Of a stretch of DNA of 64,000 bases, positions 36,055 to 44,791 are shown piece after piece. Source of the DNA: Eubacteriales bacterium (GTDB lineage: Bacteria > Bacillota > Clostridia > Oscillospirales > CAG-382); the NCBI GenBank assembly GCA_045538555.1, contig JAZSRP010000049.1:65476-129475 (forward strand), read 5' to 3'. The notes below the pieces were generated by a model. The model saw nothing but the letters and a program-made list of their open reading frames with translations. It was not told the DNA's origin and did not search any database. Each line of letters begins with the position of its first letter. The stretch's first letter is position 1. The position numbers were made by a program, and so were the translations under genes.

Positions 36055-37320
36055 TTATTTTTTTGTTTTTGAATACCCGTAGAAAATAAAAAAGGGTATT
36101 GCCATTACAAAAGCAGTAATTAACAGTGTCACTACTATAAATGATAATGCATTACTCGAGGCAAAATCTATCAGTTTGGGTTCAATATATTTATAAGCAA
36201 ATGTTTCAATAAACCACCAGCATAACAATATAACGTAAGAGCATATGATTATAATATTTAATATTACTATGTATGGATATCTCTTAACAATTCTGTTAAT
36301 GAAATTGCATTTGGGATTGCCACAATCGCCCTCTGGACAACCTTTACAATTGACTGCTATGCTCTTATTTGCCAAACGGGCTATCATAAACATAAATAAG
36401 AACAACAAGTTCATAAGGATATGTCCCATTAAAACAAATCTCCCAACATTTACTTGAACAATATTAGATATGCTAAGATTTGTAATTTCTCCCGTTACAG
36501 TAAAATATGCGCCGACAATCACAAAAATTATTGATACAAATATACCCAAGATGGTAAGAACATTGGTTAATAATGAACTCATTTCGGTTTTTGTTTTATC
36601 GAGATCTTCTTTAGTATCATTAAAATTAGTTATTGCTTTATTTAAGTTTTCGCTTGTGGTTTCAAATTCCGTTTTAACTTTATCAAACTTTTGATTAACT
36701 TTATCGATTTTTTTATCTACAATTTCATTGGCTTCTTTGATTTTTTTTTCTACGTTATTATCAAATTCCTTTAAAACTGTTTCGTGATTTTTGATTTGTT
36801 CTTCGAGTTTTTCGTTAGGTAAACTCGAAAACTTCTCAAACTCCTTTTCTTGCTTCTTAATATCTTCTTCAGACTTACTTATTCCTTTTCTAACAAGTAA
36901 TTCGTACTTTAAGGCGGATGAAAACATATTAACATTATATCTGAATTCATTATCATTTAAATAATAATAAAATCCGTCTTTTTCTTGTTTAATTAAACTA
37001 CTATCACATGATTCAAGCGTGTCGCCGAAAGTTTTGATAATAGCTATAGGAGCAATCAACTCGTTCCATCGTTTGTTTTCCAACAAATCAAACATAAAGA
37101 AATAGTGCGGTCTAAACGATGGGTTGATCGAGAAAATATTATATAATTTTATAAGAATAGATTCGATCTTTTTGTCTTTTTCTTGCTTTTCGATACCAAT
37201 ATAATCAACATTAGAAAAACAGATTTCTTTTGCCATCTGTTCGATTAATTTTTGTTGCCTGACTCTTGGATTATCAATTGTCCCGCTTGTTTTTTCGAAA
37301 TTCTCTTTCTTATCATCCAT
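36055..37320 (-). CDS. hypothetical protein: cytoplasmic N-domain, long K/E-rich coiled coil, 4 C-terminal TM helices with a CxxC..C..C loop
   Basis: 421-aa ORF. Its ATG overlaps the stop of the upstream Panacea-domain gene by 8 nt. No recognisable catalytic motif. Confidence 0.75.
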   Translation of the reverse strand: MDDKKENFEKTSGTIDNPRVRQQKLIEQMAKEICFSNVDYIGIEKQEKDKKIESILIKLYNIFSINPSFRPHYFFMFDLLENKRWNELIAPIAIIKTFGDTLESCDSSLIKQEKDGFYYYLNDNEFRYNVNMFSSALKYELLVRKGISKSEEDIKKQEKEFEKFSSLPNEKLEEQIKNHETVLKEFDNNVEKKIKEANEIVDKKIDKVNQKFDKVKTEFETTSENLNKAITNFNDTKEDLDKTKTEMSSLLTNVLTILGIFVSIIFVIVGAYFTVTGEITNLSISNIVQVNVGRFVLMGHILMNLLFLFMFMIARLANKSIAVNCKGCPEGDCGNPKCNFINRIVKRYPYIVILNIIIICSYVILLCWWFIETFAYKYIEPKLIDFASSNALSFIVVTLLITAFVMAIPFFIFYGYSKTKK

Positions 37321-37798
37321 TTATTACGATCTCGCTTTTTAAATCATATACACCCGAAAAATAACTTTGTATGGATTTAGTGCTAATAATATTGTAATCG
37401 ATAGAATCGCAAATAGCTTCTTTCCATGGTGTTTGTTTTTTAGTAGCAATTCCAAGCATTTGCCTATCATATATACCGTATTCCAATATGAAATTTTTAA
37501 AATAATCTCTAATCAGCGAAGGTATTGTGAAAACAAAATCATATGGCTTTGTTATAGGATCGTATTCCCAATCATTAAAGATAAACTCTAATTCTTTTAT
37601 ATATGGTCCACAAGGATATGCATATATATCCTCTTCAAAAATCTTTTCGCCATATTTTGCCAAATAACATCCTTGCGCCAAATATAGCAACTTATTCACT
37701 TTGTAAAAGTCCATTAAGAATTTTTCATCAGACATAGACTCCTTAAATTCTATTCCGTAAGAAATAGCCAATTTAGCTATATCGGCGGCTTTGCACAT
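37313..37798 (-). CDS. Panacea (DUF4065, SocA/GepA-like) domain protein, antitoxin-like
   Basis: 161 aa with AAGGAG upstream. NKLLYLAQGCYLAKYGEKIFEEDIYAYPCGPYIKEL matches my recollection of the DUF4065 core (KLxYyAqg...g.pLf.e.feAw..GPv...vY). Confidence 0.65.
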   Translation of the reverse strand: MCKAADIAKLAISYGIEFKESMSDEKFLMDFYKVNKLLYLAQGCYLAKYGEKIFEEDIYAYPCGPYIKELEFIFNDWEYDPITKPYDFVFTIPSLIRDYFKNFILEYGIYDRQMLGIATKKQTPWKEAICDSIDYNIISTKSIQSYFSGVYDLKSEIVING

Positions 37799-38231
37799 TT
37801 TATATCGGCTCCTTAAAATAAAATACTATTTAATATTAATATATTTCGAAAACTAAAACTGGTGACAGTATGCCAGCAGTGGTTTTTTGAATCAGCTCGG
37901 TAGGATTTACTGTTACCTACTGTCTATGGCATGTGGTTAATTCGCTTGAGTAGTTTAACAAAAACTTGTTGAAAAGTCAAGTATATATTCTATTTTATGT
38001 TCATAATAACAAAATATACATTACAGTGGAAGTGTACTGAAATTCAAAGTTGATAAAATAATAAAGGATTAATTTGACTTGACAATATCGATAGAGTTAA
38101 TATTCAATGTTGTAAAGCATGTGTACAATTTATTCACTTAAAATGAAAACCTTGCTGATGGTGTATGCCAAATGAATAGGTTTTCTTTTAATTTTCTTCG
38201 ATTCAGTTTGGGAAAAAATGTGCAATATTTA

Positions 38232-38260
38232 TTGACAAACTTTAAAAACTGTGCTACACT
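38232..38260 (+). promoter_or_regulatory. sigma-70-like promoter of the LexA-like/UvrD operon
   Basis: TTGACA (38232-38237), 17 nt, TACACT (38255-38260). Confidence 0.55.
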
Positions 38261-38266
38261 CCGGAT

Positions 38267-38281
38267 GAAACAAAATGTTTC
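38267..38281. promoter_or_regulatory. palindromic operator candidate GAAAC-N5-GTTTC
   Basis: GAAACAAAATGTTTC begins 7 nt after the -10 hexamer. It resembles the Gram-positive LexA (Cheo) box GAAC-N4-GTTC but is not identical to it. Confidence 0.45.
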
Positions 38282-38305
38282 TATATTTGCGAGGTAGTTA
38301 TAGTT

Positions 38306-38932
38306 ATGAAGAGTATTCGAAATGAAGCTAAACCAAAGATAATTGAATTTATAGATGCCTATTATAACGATTATTTTACTGTTCCTACTGTACGTGAGAT
38401 TGCGGCAGGAACAGGTATATCTGTTTCTACAGTTCATCGTTGCTTGAATGTGATGAAAGAAAACGGTGAGCTTGAATATAGCGGACGCCGTTCTATTTCG
38501 ACTCCGCGTACTGCTATGGAAGGTAGCTATAATGCAATGCCTGTTCTCGGTTATGTTGCTTGTGGACCGGGTCAGGAGGAAGAAGAACAGCTTCTTGAAT
38601 ATATCCGTATGCCCGAAACTATTGTCGGTAATGATGAATGCTTCGCTTTAATTGCAAAAGGCGAGTCTATGGTTGACATTGGAATCTATCCCGGCGATTA
38701 CGTATTTGTCCGTAAACAAAACACCGCAAGCGTCGGCGACGTTGTTGTCGCGCTTCTTGATGGCAAGAATAATTTAAAGGTTCTTGATTACGATAGCAAT
38801 ACAAAACAATACGTTCTCAAATCCTGTAACGCAGATAAAGAAACCTATGAGGATAAAATTGTTGAAGGTGAGCTTCAAATTCAAGGTGTTGCGGTTTCTG
38901 TATCCCATAAGCTCGGGAAAGTGAAGATTTAA
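38306..38932 (+). CDS. LexA-like repressor (winged HTH plus S24 autopeptidase)
   Basis: N-terminal HTH VREIAAGTGISVSTVHRCL. The cleavage-site region is VLGYVACGPG. Ser is in KGESM and Lys in NNLKVL. Confidence 0.85.
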   Translation: MKSIRNEAKPKIIEFIDAYYNDYFTVPTVREIAAGTGISVSTVHRCLNVMKENGELEYSGRRSISTPRTAMEGSYNAMPVLGYVACGPGQEEEEQLLEYIRMPETIVGNDECFALIAKGESMVDIGIYPGDYVFVRKQNTASVGDVVVALLDGKNNLKVLDYDSNTKQYVLKSCNADKETYEDKIVEGELQIQGVAVSVSHKLGKVKI

Positions 38933-38933
38933 T

Positions 38934-41102
38934 ATGGATAACTTACTTAACGGACTAAACGAATCACAAATAGAAGCTGTTACAACTACCGACGGATATA
39001 TTCGCGTTATTGCAGGCGCAGGAACAGGGAAGACGCGTGCTCTTACTCATAGATATGCCTACCTCGTAAACGAGCTTGGTATATCACCTTCGAATATACT
39101 TTGCATTACCTTTACAAATAAAGCCGCAAACGAAATGAAAAAGCGTATAAAGCGCATGCTAGGCGACGAGTTCGATACTTCGTTTGTCGCAACGCTTCAC
39201 GCTTTCTGCACGAGAATATTGCGCGAGGAAATATATAAGCTCTTTTATCCCGATAATTTCATTGTATTGGATAATGTCGATCAGAAGAAGATCCTTGAAG
39301 AAGTCTATGACGAAATGTGTATTCGTATGGATACCGCAAGTTTCAAGTTTATGATCGATCAGATACGCTATTATAAAAATCTTATAACCTATGTAGAATA
39401 TCTGTCAAACCCTAATTTCGATTATTCAACACTTGTAGCGCAAAATAAGACGGAGGAGATAATCTTTCGTTACATAAATAAGCAACGCAAGTATTTCGGA
39501 CTTGATTTCTTCGACCTTATCAATTTTGTAATATACCTTTTCAGAACATATCCCGATGTACTCGAAAAATGGCAGAAAAAGCTCTGCTACATTATGGTTG
39601 ATGAATTCCAAGACATCACCGCAAAGGAATTCAAACTTATTCGCAGACTCTCAGAATTCAACCGTAATTTGTTTGTGGTTGGCGACCCCGACCAGAACAT
39701 ATACGAATGGCGCGGCGCAAATATGAGTGTTATCGTGGATTTTGAGTCTTGGCTGAACAACGAATGCTTCGAGGATAACCTCAATCTCAAATCACGCGAT
39801 ATTGTTTTAAGCAAGAATTACCGTTCCACAAAGAGTATATTAAGCGTAGCCAATTCATTGATTGAGAAGAACCAAAATCGTGTAGAAAAGGCATTAAGCG
39901 GTTCTTTCGAAGACGGCGAAAAGGTTAAATATCTCCACGCAAAGAACGATAAGGATGAAATCAAATATATTTGCGACGAGATCGCCAACCACGTAAAGAA
40001 TGGCGGTAAATACAGCGATATTGCCGTGCTATACCGTTCTAACTACGTTTCACGCTTTGTTGAGCAGGGCTTTCTTTCAAGAAACATACCTTATGTCGTT
40101 TACGGCGGTGTCGGTTTTTATGAACGAGCAGAAATTAAGGATGTATTGTCTTATATGCGCCTTCTGGAGCATACTGACGATGATTTGTCCTTTAAGCGAA
40201 TTATAAATGTGCCAAGGCGTAAAATCGGTAAGATAAAATTAAAGGTATTATCAGAATATGCCGAGCAAAACGGAACGTCTTTGTATGATGCGTTAAAAGC
40301 GTTATGTGAAACCGATACATTCAAATCCTGCAAGGCGAAGGAGTTTGTCGCTCAAATAGAATTACTTCGTCAACAAGCAGACGAGTTTGCGGTTTCTGAA
40401 CTTCTTCAAGCGATCCTTAATAAAACGGGTTATGAACTGTATATCCGTGAAAGCGGGGATATAGAACGCTTGGATAACGTTTCCGAGCTTATGCGTAGCA
40501 TCGTTACACAGGAAAACGAATTCGGCGAGCCCTTAACGCTTTCGACCTTTTTGCAGAATATAACGCTTCTGCGCGACAGCGATGTGGAGGATAAGAGTGA
40601 TTGCGTTAAGATTATGACAATACATACCGCAAAAGGTCTTGAATTCGACACGGTATTTCTTGTCGGACTTACGGAGGGTATTTTTCCTTCTGCAAGAAGT
40701 CTCGAAGAACGCAAGAACGATGCTCTTGAGGAAGAACGTCGCCTTTGCTTTGTTGCAATAACAAGAGCAAGAAAACGTCTGTACCTCACCGAAAGCGAGG
40801 GATTTGGTGTAAAGGGCTTTTCAAAAGTTCCGTCACGCTTTGTATTTGATATCGACAAATCATTGCTGGATAAAATCGGAACTGTTTCCGCAGACATTAT
40901 GGATGAATATGTCGTATTGAAGAAACGGTTTGATAAAACCGAACTTGAAGTATATAAGGTCGGTGACCAAATACGCCATAAGGTGTTCGGTGAAGGCATA
41001 GTCGAGGAAGTGGACGAGGAAACAAGAACCTATTATATCCGCTTTGTCAACGGCAGAAAACCGATCAACTTTAACTATAACGGCTTAAGCCATGTTTTTT
41101 AA
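38934..41102 (+). CDS. UvrD/PcrA/Rep family ATP-dependent DNA helicase
   Basis: Motifs AGAGTGKT, TFTNKAANEM, VDEFQD, NYRS and TIHTAKGLEF, with a C-terminal Tudor-like tail (GDQIRHKVFGEGIV). Confidence 0.9.
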   Translation: MDNLLNGLNESQIEAVTTTDGYIRVIAGAGTGKTRALTHRYAYLVNELGISPSNILCITFTNKAANEMKKRIKRMLGDEFDTSFVATLHAFCTRILREEIYKLFYPDNFIVLDNVDQKKILEEVYDEMCIRMDTASFKFMIDQIRYYKNLITYVEYLSNPNFDYSTLVAQNKTEEIIFRYINKQRKYFGLDFFDLINFVIYLFRTYPDVLEKWQKKLCYIMVDEFQDITAKEFKLIRRLSEFNRNLFVVGDPDQNIYEWRGANMSVIVDFESWLNNECFEDNLNLKSRDIVLSKNYRSTKSILSVANSLIEKNQNRVEKALSGSFEDGEKVKYLHAKNDKDEIKYICDEIANHVKNGGKYSDIAVLYRSNYVSRFVEQGFLSRNIPYVVYGGVGFYERAEIKDVLSYMRLLEHTDDDLSFKRIINVPRRKIGKIKLKVLSEYAEQNGTSLYDALKALCETDTFKSCKAKEFVAQIELLRQQADEFAVSELLQAILNKTGYELYIRESGDIERLDNVSELMRSIVTQENEFGEPLTLSTFLQNITLLRDSDVEDKSDCVKIMTIHTAKGLEFDTVFLVGLTEGIFPSARSLEERKNDALEEERRLCFVAITRARKRLYLTESEGFGVKGFSKVPSRFVFDIDKSLLDKIGTVSADIMDEYVVLKKRFDKTELEVYKVGDQIRHKVFGEGIVEEVDEETRTYYIRFVNGRKPINFNYNGLSHVF

Positions 41103-41117
41103 TAAGGAGAATTAAAA

Positions 41118-41621
41118 ATGGCAGAGATAATAAAAGTTTTCAAAGAGAATATCCCCAATATGCGCTTTATCGGAAAGAAGTATGGCGAATTCGGTCATTG
41201 GGGTGAATTTTGGGTAAATGATTGGTTTAGTTTGCTTGAAAAATCAATGGGCGGTACAGATGCAATACTCAATATTTGGGAAAACGGTGGCGGTTATGTA
41301 GGGCTCGAGCATTGGACTCCTAATGCACCGTTTGAATATTGGCTCGGCATGTTTGCGCCTATTGATACAGAGGTTCCCGATGGGTTTGAATACATAGATT
41401 TTACCGATCTTGCTCTTGGTACTTGCTGGATATACGGATGTGAAGCAGAGGTTCACGATGCTTCTGCTTGTCAACCAGCATTGATACAAAACGGTATGAC
41501 CATTTGGAAAGATGCTAACGGCGGTACTTGGTCGTTCGAAAACTGCCTCTGCCCAAGATATACTACACCCGACGAAAACGGAAAAATCATTCTTGATTAC
41601 TGTTATTTTGTGGAGAAATAA
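41118..41621 (+). CDS. GyrI-like / effector-binding-domain-like small protein (tentative)
   Basis: 167 aa. MRFIGKKY...WGEFWVNDWFSLLE resembles the C-terminal domain of the XRE regulator at 47259..47933. The fold assignment comes from motif memory only. Confidence 0.4.
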   Translation: MAEIIKVFKENIPNMRFIGKKYGEFGHWGEFWVNDWFSLLEKSMGGTDAILNIWENGGGYVGLEHWTPNAPFEYWLGMFAPIDTEVPDGFEYIDFTDLALGTCWIYGCEAEVHDASACQPALIQNGMTIWKDANGGTWSFENCLCPRYTTPDENGKIILDYCYFVEK

Positions 41622-41623
41622 TT

Positions 41624-42574
41624 ATGGAAAACATTATTAACTGGTTACTCGAAGAAAAAGAACCTTCTATTAGATACAGAACTCTTACCGAGATTTTGGA
41701 CAAACCCGAAACCGATCCCGAAGTTATTGAAGCGAAAGAAGCGGTGCTTCAATCAAAGAATGTTTGCCGTCTGTTTGACCGCTTGGATGACAGAGGATTG
41801 TTTCCTCATATTCAAAAGTTTTACGGCAATTTTACTACTTTCAGTTATCTCTATGCTCTTGCAGAACTTGGCTTGAAAAAGGGTGATCCTCATATTAACG
41901 AGATAGTTGATTGGATATTGATTCCCGGCGAGGACAAGCATGAGCATTTTATGCAGAAAGAGTTTCAAAATGAACATGCATATCTGCTTGACGAAAGCAA
42001 TCTCGGCAGTTGCCGCCAGACCGATTTCCTCGGTACATTGTTAAGACTTGGTTTTGGCGATGATGAGAGAGTAAAGAAGTTGATAGATGCGTTTATCGAA
42101 AAGAACAGATTTGACGGAGGTTATCTCTGTAAATGGAAAAAGAGCCGACATAAAGGTCAAACACCCAAAAGCTGTGTAGGTACTACTGTTAATGCGTTAA
42201 GAGTATTTTCCTATCTTCCCGAAGAATACAGGAACACCGATGCATATAAAAACACACTTGAATATTTTGTCAGCAGAAATATGATTCACAGCAAAATCAA
42301 TCCCGATGAGATCATCTGCTCTACAAATGCTTTCTACAACGGTTGCGGAATGTCTCACGCTTTTGTTCTTGCCGATGCAATGAGCCGTTTAGGACTTGCC
42401 AACATACCCGAAATGAACGAGGTATGGGAGATTATTGAAAGTAAAAAAGATGCCGAAGGCAAAGTAGTGTTAGAAGCTACCGATACAAAGAAAACACTTA
42501 TTATGGACGGCGTAGGCAAGCCTAATAAATATCTTACTCTTAATTTGCTTTTGAGTTATAAACATAGAGGATAG
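41624..42574 (+). CDS. hypothetical protein (possible alpha/alpha-toroid fold)
   Basis: 316 aa. Its N-terminus INWLLEEKEPSIRYRTLTEIL is similar to the N-terminus of 44792..45838. Confidence 0.6.
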   Translation: MENIINWLLEEKEPSIRYRTLTEILDKPETDPEVIEAKEAVLQSKNVCRLFDRLDDRGLFPHIQKFYGNFTTFSYLYALAELGLKKGDPHINEIVDWILIPGEDKHEHFMQKEFQNEHAYLLDESNLGSCRQTDFLGTLLRLGFGDDERVKKLIDAFIEKNRFDGGYLCKWKKSRHKGQTPKSCVGTTVNALRVFSYLPEEYRNTDAYKNTLEYFVSRNMIHSKINPDEIICSTNAFYNGCGMSHAFVLADAMSRLGLANIPEMNEVWEIIESKKDAEGKVVLEATDTKKTLIMDGVGKPNKYLTLNLLLSYKHRG

Positions 42575-42578
42575 TCGT

Positions 42579-42908
42579 ATGAACACAAATATCATAGGTT
42601 GTTGTGGTCACGACTGTTCGAGGTGTATTACATATCTTGCAACAATTAAAAATGATGATGCTTTACGAAAACAGTCGCAGCAGTTTTATAAAACTATGTT
42701 TGGCATGAATATTCCGATTTGTGAAGTCAACTGTCTCGGATGTCGTTCGGATAAGGTGTTTATACTTTGTAAGAGCTGTCCGTTTACAAAATGTGCGTCG
42801 GAACGGAAAATAGACGAGTGCTCTGAGTGTGTAGAATATCCTTGTAAAGCCCTTACGGAATATCAAGAAAAATATGTAAACAAGTGCAATCAGATTAAGT
42901 GTGATTAG
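42579..42908 (+). CDS. DUF3795-like Cys-rich (putative metal-binding) protein
   Basis: Cysteine pattern CCGHDCSRC...CLGC...CKSCPFTKC...CSECVEYPC. Confidence 0.65.
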   Translation: MNTNIIGCCGHDCSRCITYLATIKNDDALRKQSQQFYKTMFGMNIPICEVNCLGCRSDKVFILCKSCPFTKCASERKIDECSECVEYPCKALTEYQEKYVNKCNQIKCD

Positions 42909-42918
42909 GAGAAAAGTT

Positions 42919-43560
42919 ATGAGTACATATATTTTAACAAGTATGTTTAAAAACGAATTAGATGATAAATTTGCCAAACGACTTCGAGAAATAATAACAA
43001 GTAGAAACAGTTTTGTTTTTATAGCTTCTGACTTTGAAACAAATCACGAGAAGAACGACAAGTATTGCAATCATTGGCGTGATATGCTTTGTGACATTGG
43101 AATTGAATTTAAAAGTATCTTTGTGGTTGATGGGAGAATAACTCCCGACGAGGCCAAAAAAATCATTGAAAAAGCTGACTTTATTTGGCTCTCAGGTGGT
43201 GATACGCCAAAACAATTTGGATATATTAAACAATATGGTCTGGATACAGTTTTGAAAGAGTATAGTGGTATTTTATTTGGAATGAGTGCAGGAAGCATAA
43301 ATCTCTCCACTATGGCAGTTTGTTCTTTAGCAAGTGGTCACTATGTTCAAGAAATATATAACGGATTGGGTTGTGTTAATATTTCAATAGAACCTCACTT
43401 CTCACTTGATAAAACCGACGAGATATTGCAATTATCTGAAAAGTACAAACTTTATGGAGTGCCTGACGATAGTGCTATTATACTTCATAACAACGAAGTG
43501 GAGTTTTATGGGGATATTTTTATAGTCGAAAAAAGAATAATTAACAAAGTAACTATTTAA
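42919..43560 (+). CDS. peptidase S51 (dipeptidase E-like) family protein
   Basis: Trimmed to MSTYILTS with AGGAG upstream. FIWLSGGDT...FGMSAGSINLS matches the S51 nucleophile-elbow region. Confidence 0.7.
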   Translation: MSTYILTSMFKNELDDKFAKRLREIITSRNSFVFIASDFETNHEKNDKYCNHWRDMLCDIGIEFKSIFVVDGRITPDEAKKIIEKADFIWLSGGDTPKQFGYIKQYGLDTVLKEYSGILFGMSAGSINLSTMAVCSLASGHYVQEIYNGLGCVNISIEPHFSLDKTDEILQLSEKYKLYGVPDDSAIILHNNEVEFYGDIFIVEKRIINKVTI

Positions 43561-43573
43561 AGAGGAAACAATT

Positions 43574-43945
43574 ATGATAAAACGCCTACCTACCCATTGC
43601 GGTGATGAAACCTGTCCGTCTTGTGTTGTTGCGGGAGATTATATCTTCCTTGCCCATCACGCGGGTGGTTTTGAAAAGAGCGATATTGCTTACCAAACAA
43701 GAGTTGCTTTTGAAGCAATCAAAAACACACTCGCATCCGTCGGCGCAACCCTTGACGATATGGTGCAACTTAATTATTACATCAAAAATACCGAAGACTT
43801 CCGCACAGGACGGGATGTATTTACTGAATATTTCCCAAACGGCGCACCTGCAAGAATGACCGTTGTAACCCAATTCCTTGACGATAACTGTCTTTGCCAA
43901 ATAGACGGTATTGCTTATATAAGAAACGAGGAAAATAATGATTGA
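43574..43945 (+). CDS. RidA/YjgF family protein
   Basis: 123 aa. AYQTRVAFEAIKNTLASVGATLDDMVQLNYYI...ARMTVV is typical of the family. Confidence 0.75.
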   Translation: MIKRLPTHCGDETCPSCVVAGDYIFLAHHAGGFEKSDIAYQTRVAFEAIKNTLASVGATLDDMVQLNYYIKNTEDFRTGRDVFTEYFPNGAPARMTVVTQFLDDNCLCQIDGIAYIRNEENND

Positions 43946-44729
43946 AGCATATATCAACATACAGAACAGGCTCGGTGAAGAAGTCTCGAAGTCTTGGGAA
44001 AAACTTGTTGGCTTCGTCCGTGCATATTACGTTATGGAAGAACTGTGGGATGGAAAGGAAATATTAAAATTTCGCAAAAGCGGCAAAACGCTCGTTTCGT
44101 TAAGCGTGCAGGAAAATCGTTTCAACGCACTTGTTATCTTTGGAAAAGCGGAACGAGAGAAATTTGATGCGGTCAGAGATAACTTTTCGGATTATATACT
44201 TAATTACTATGACAACAGCCGTACATATCACGACGGAAAGTGGATGTTTATTGACGTTGACATCAACGCCAACATCGACGAGATTATTGAACTCATTAAG
44301 ATAAAAAAGAAACCCAACCGTAAGGTTGAGAACTTAAAAGATGCTGAAATAGGTTGTTGCGGTAACCGATGCGACCAATGTCTTTTACGAGCTACTAACG
44401 GCGGTAAAGAAAACCGAGTTCTGTTTACCGACGAGAATTACAAAATATACTTCTCTCCCGATGAACAAAAAGAAGACTATTCAGGCGTTAACTGCGCCGG
44501 TTGTTATCAAGGCTGTAAAACAAGAGATTGTGCAAAGGGAAAAGGATATGACGTTTGCGTGCAATGCGAGAATTATCCTTGCGAAACGGTTTTAGGCGCT
44601 TTTACTCATCCCGGAAGATGCAATGTAGGGCTCACACCCGAACAGCTTGATCTTCTCGTTATTCCGTATTGCGGTAAAGAAAGATTTGACCGTTGTAGAG
44701 ATCAGCTTTGTAAGAAGGATATGAAATAA
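43938..44729 (+). CDS. DUF3788-like N-domain fused to a DUF3795-like Cys-rich domain
   Basis: Overlaps the stop of the upstream gene. The C-terminal cysteine pattern is CCGNRCDQC...CAGC..GC..RDC...C.QC.NYPC. Confidence 0.6.
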   Translation: MIEAYINIQNRLGEEVSKSWEKLVGFVRAYYVMEELWDGKEILKFRKSGKTLVSLSVQENRFNALVIFGKAEREKFDAVRDNFSDYILNYYDNSRTYHDGKWMFIDVDINANIDEIIELIKIKKKPNRKVENLKDAEIGCCGNRCDQCLLRATNGGKENRVLFTDENYKIYFSPDEQKEDYSGVNCAGCYQGCKTRDCAKGKGYDVCVQCENYPCETVLGAFTHPGRCNVGLTPEQLDLLVIPYCGKERFDRCRDQLCKKDMK

Positions 44730-44791
44730 TAAAACGAAGTTAACGCACAAGGCGTCGATACGAAAGCGATAAAGGATCTGAGGTAAATACG

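Noticed and set aside
38934-41102. Gabija-like (GajB) or other helicase-based defence system
   Set aside because: No GajA-like ATPase/TOPRIM partner is present. The helicase has the full UvrD/PcrA motif set and a C-terminal Tudor-like tail. Its upstream partner is a LexA-like repressor rather than a nuclease.
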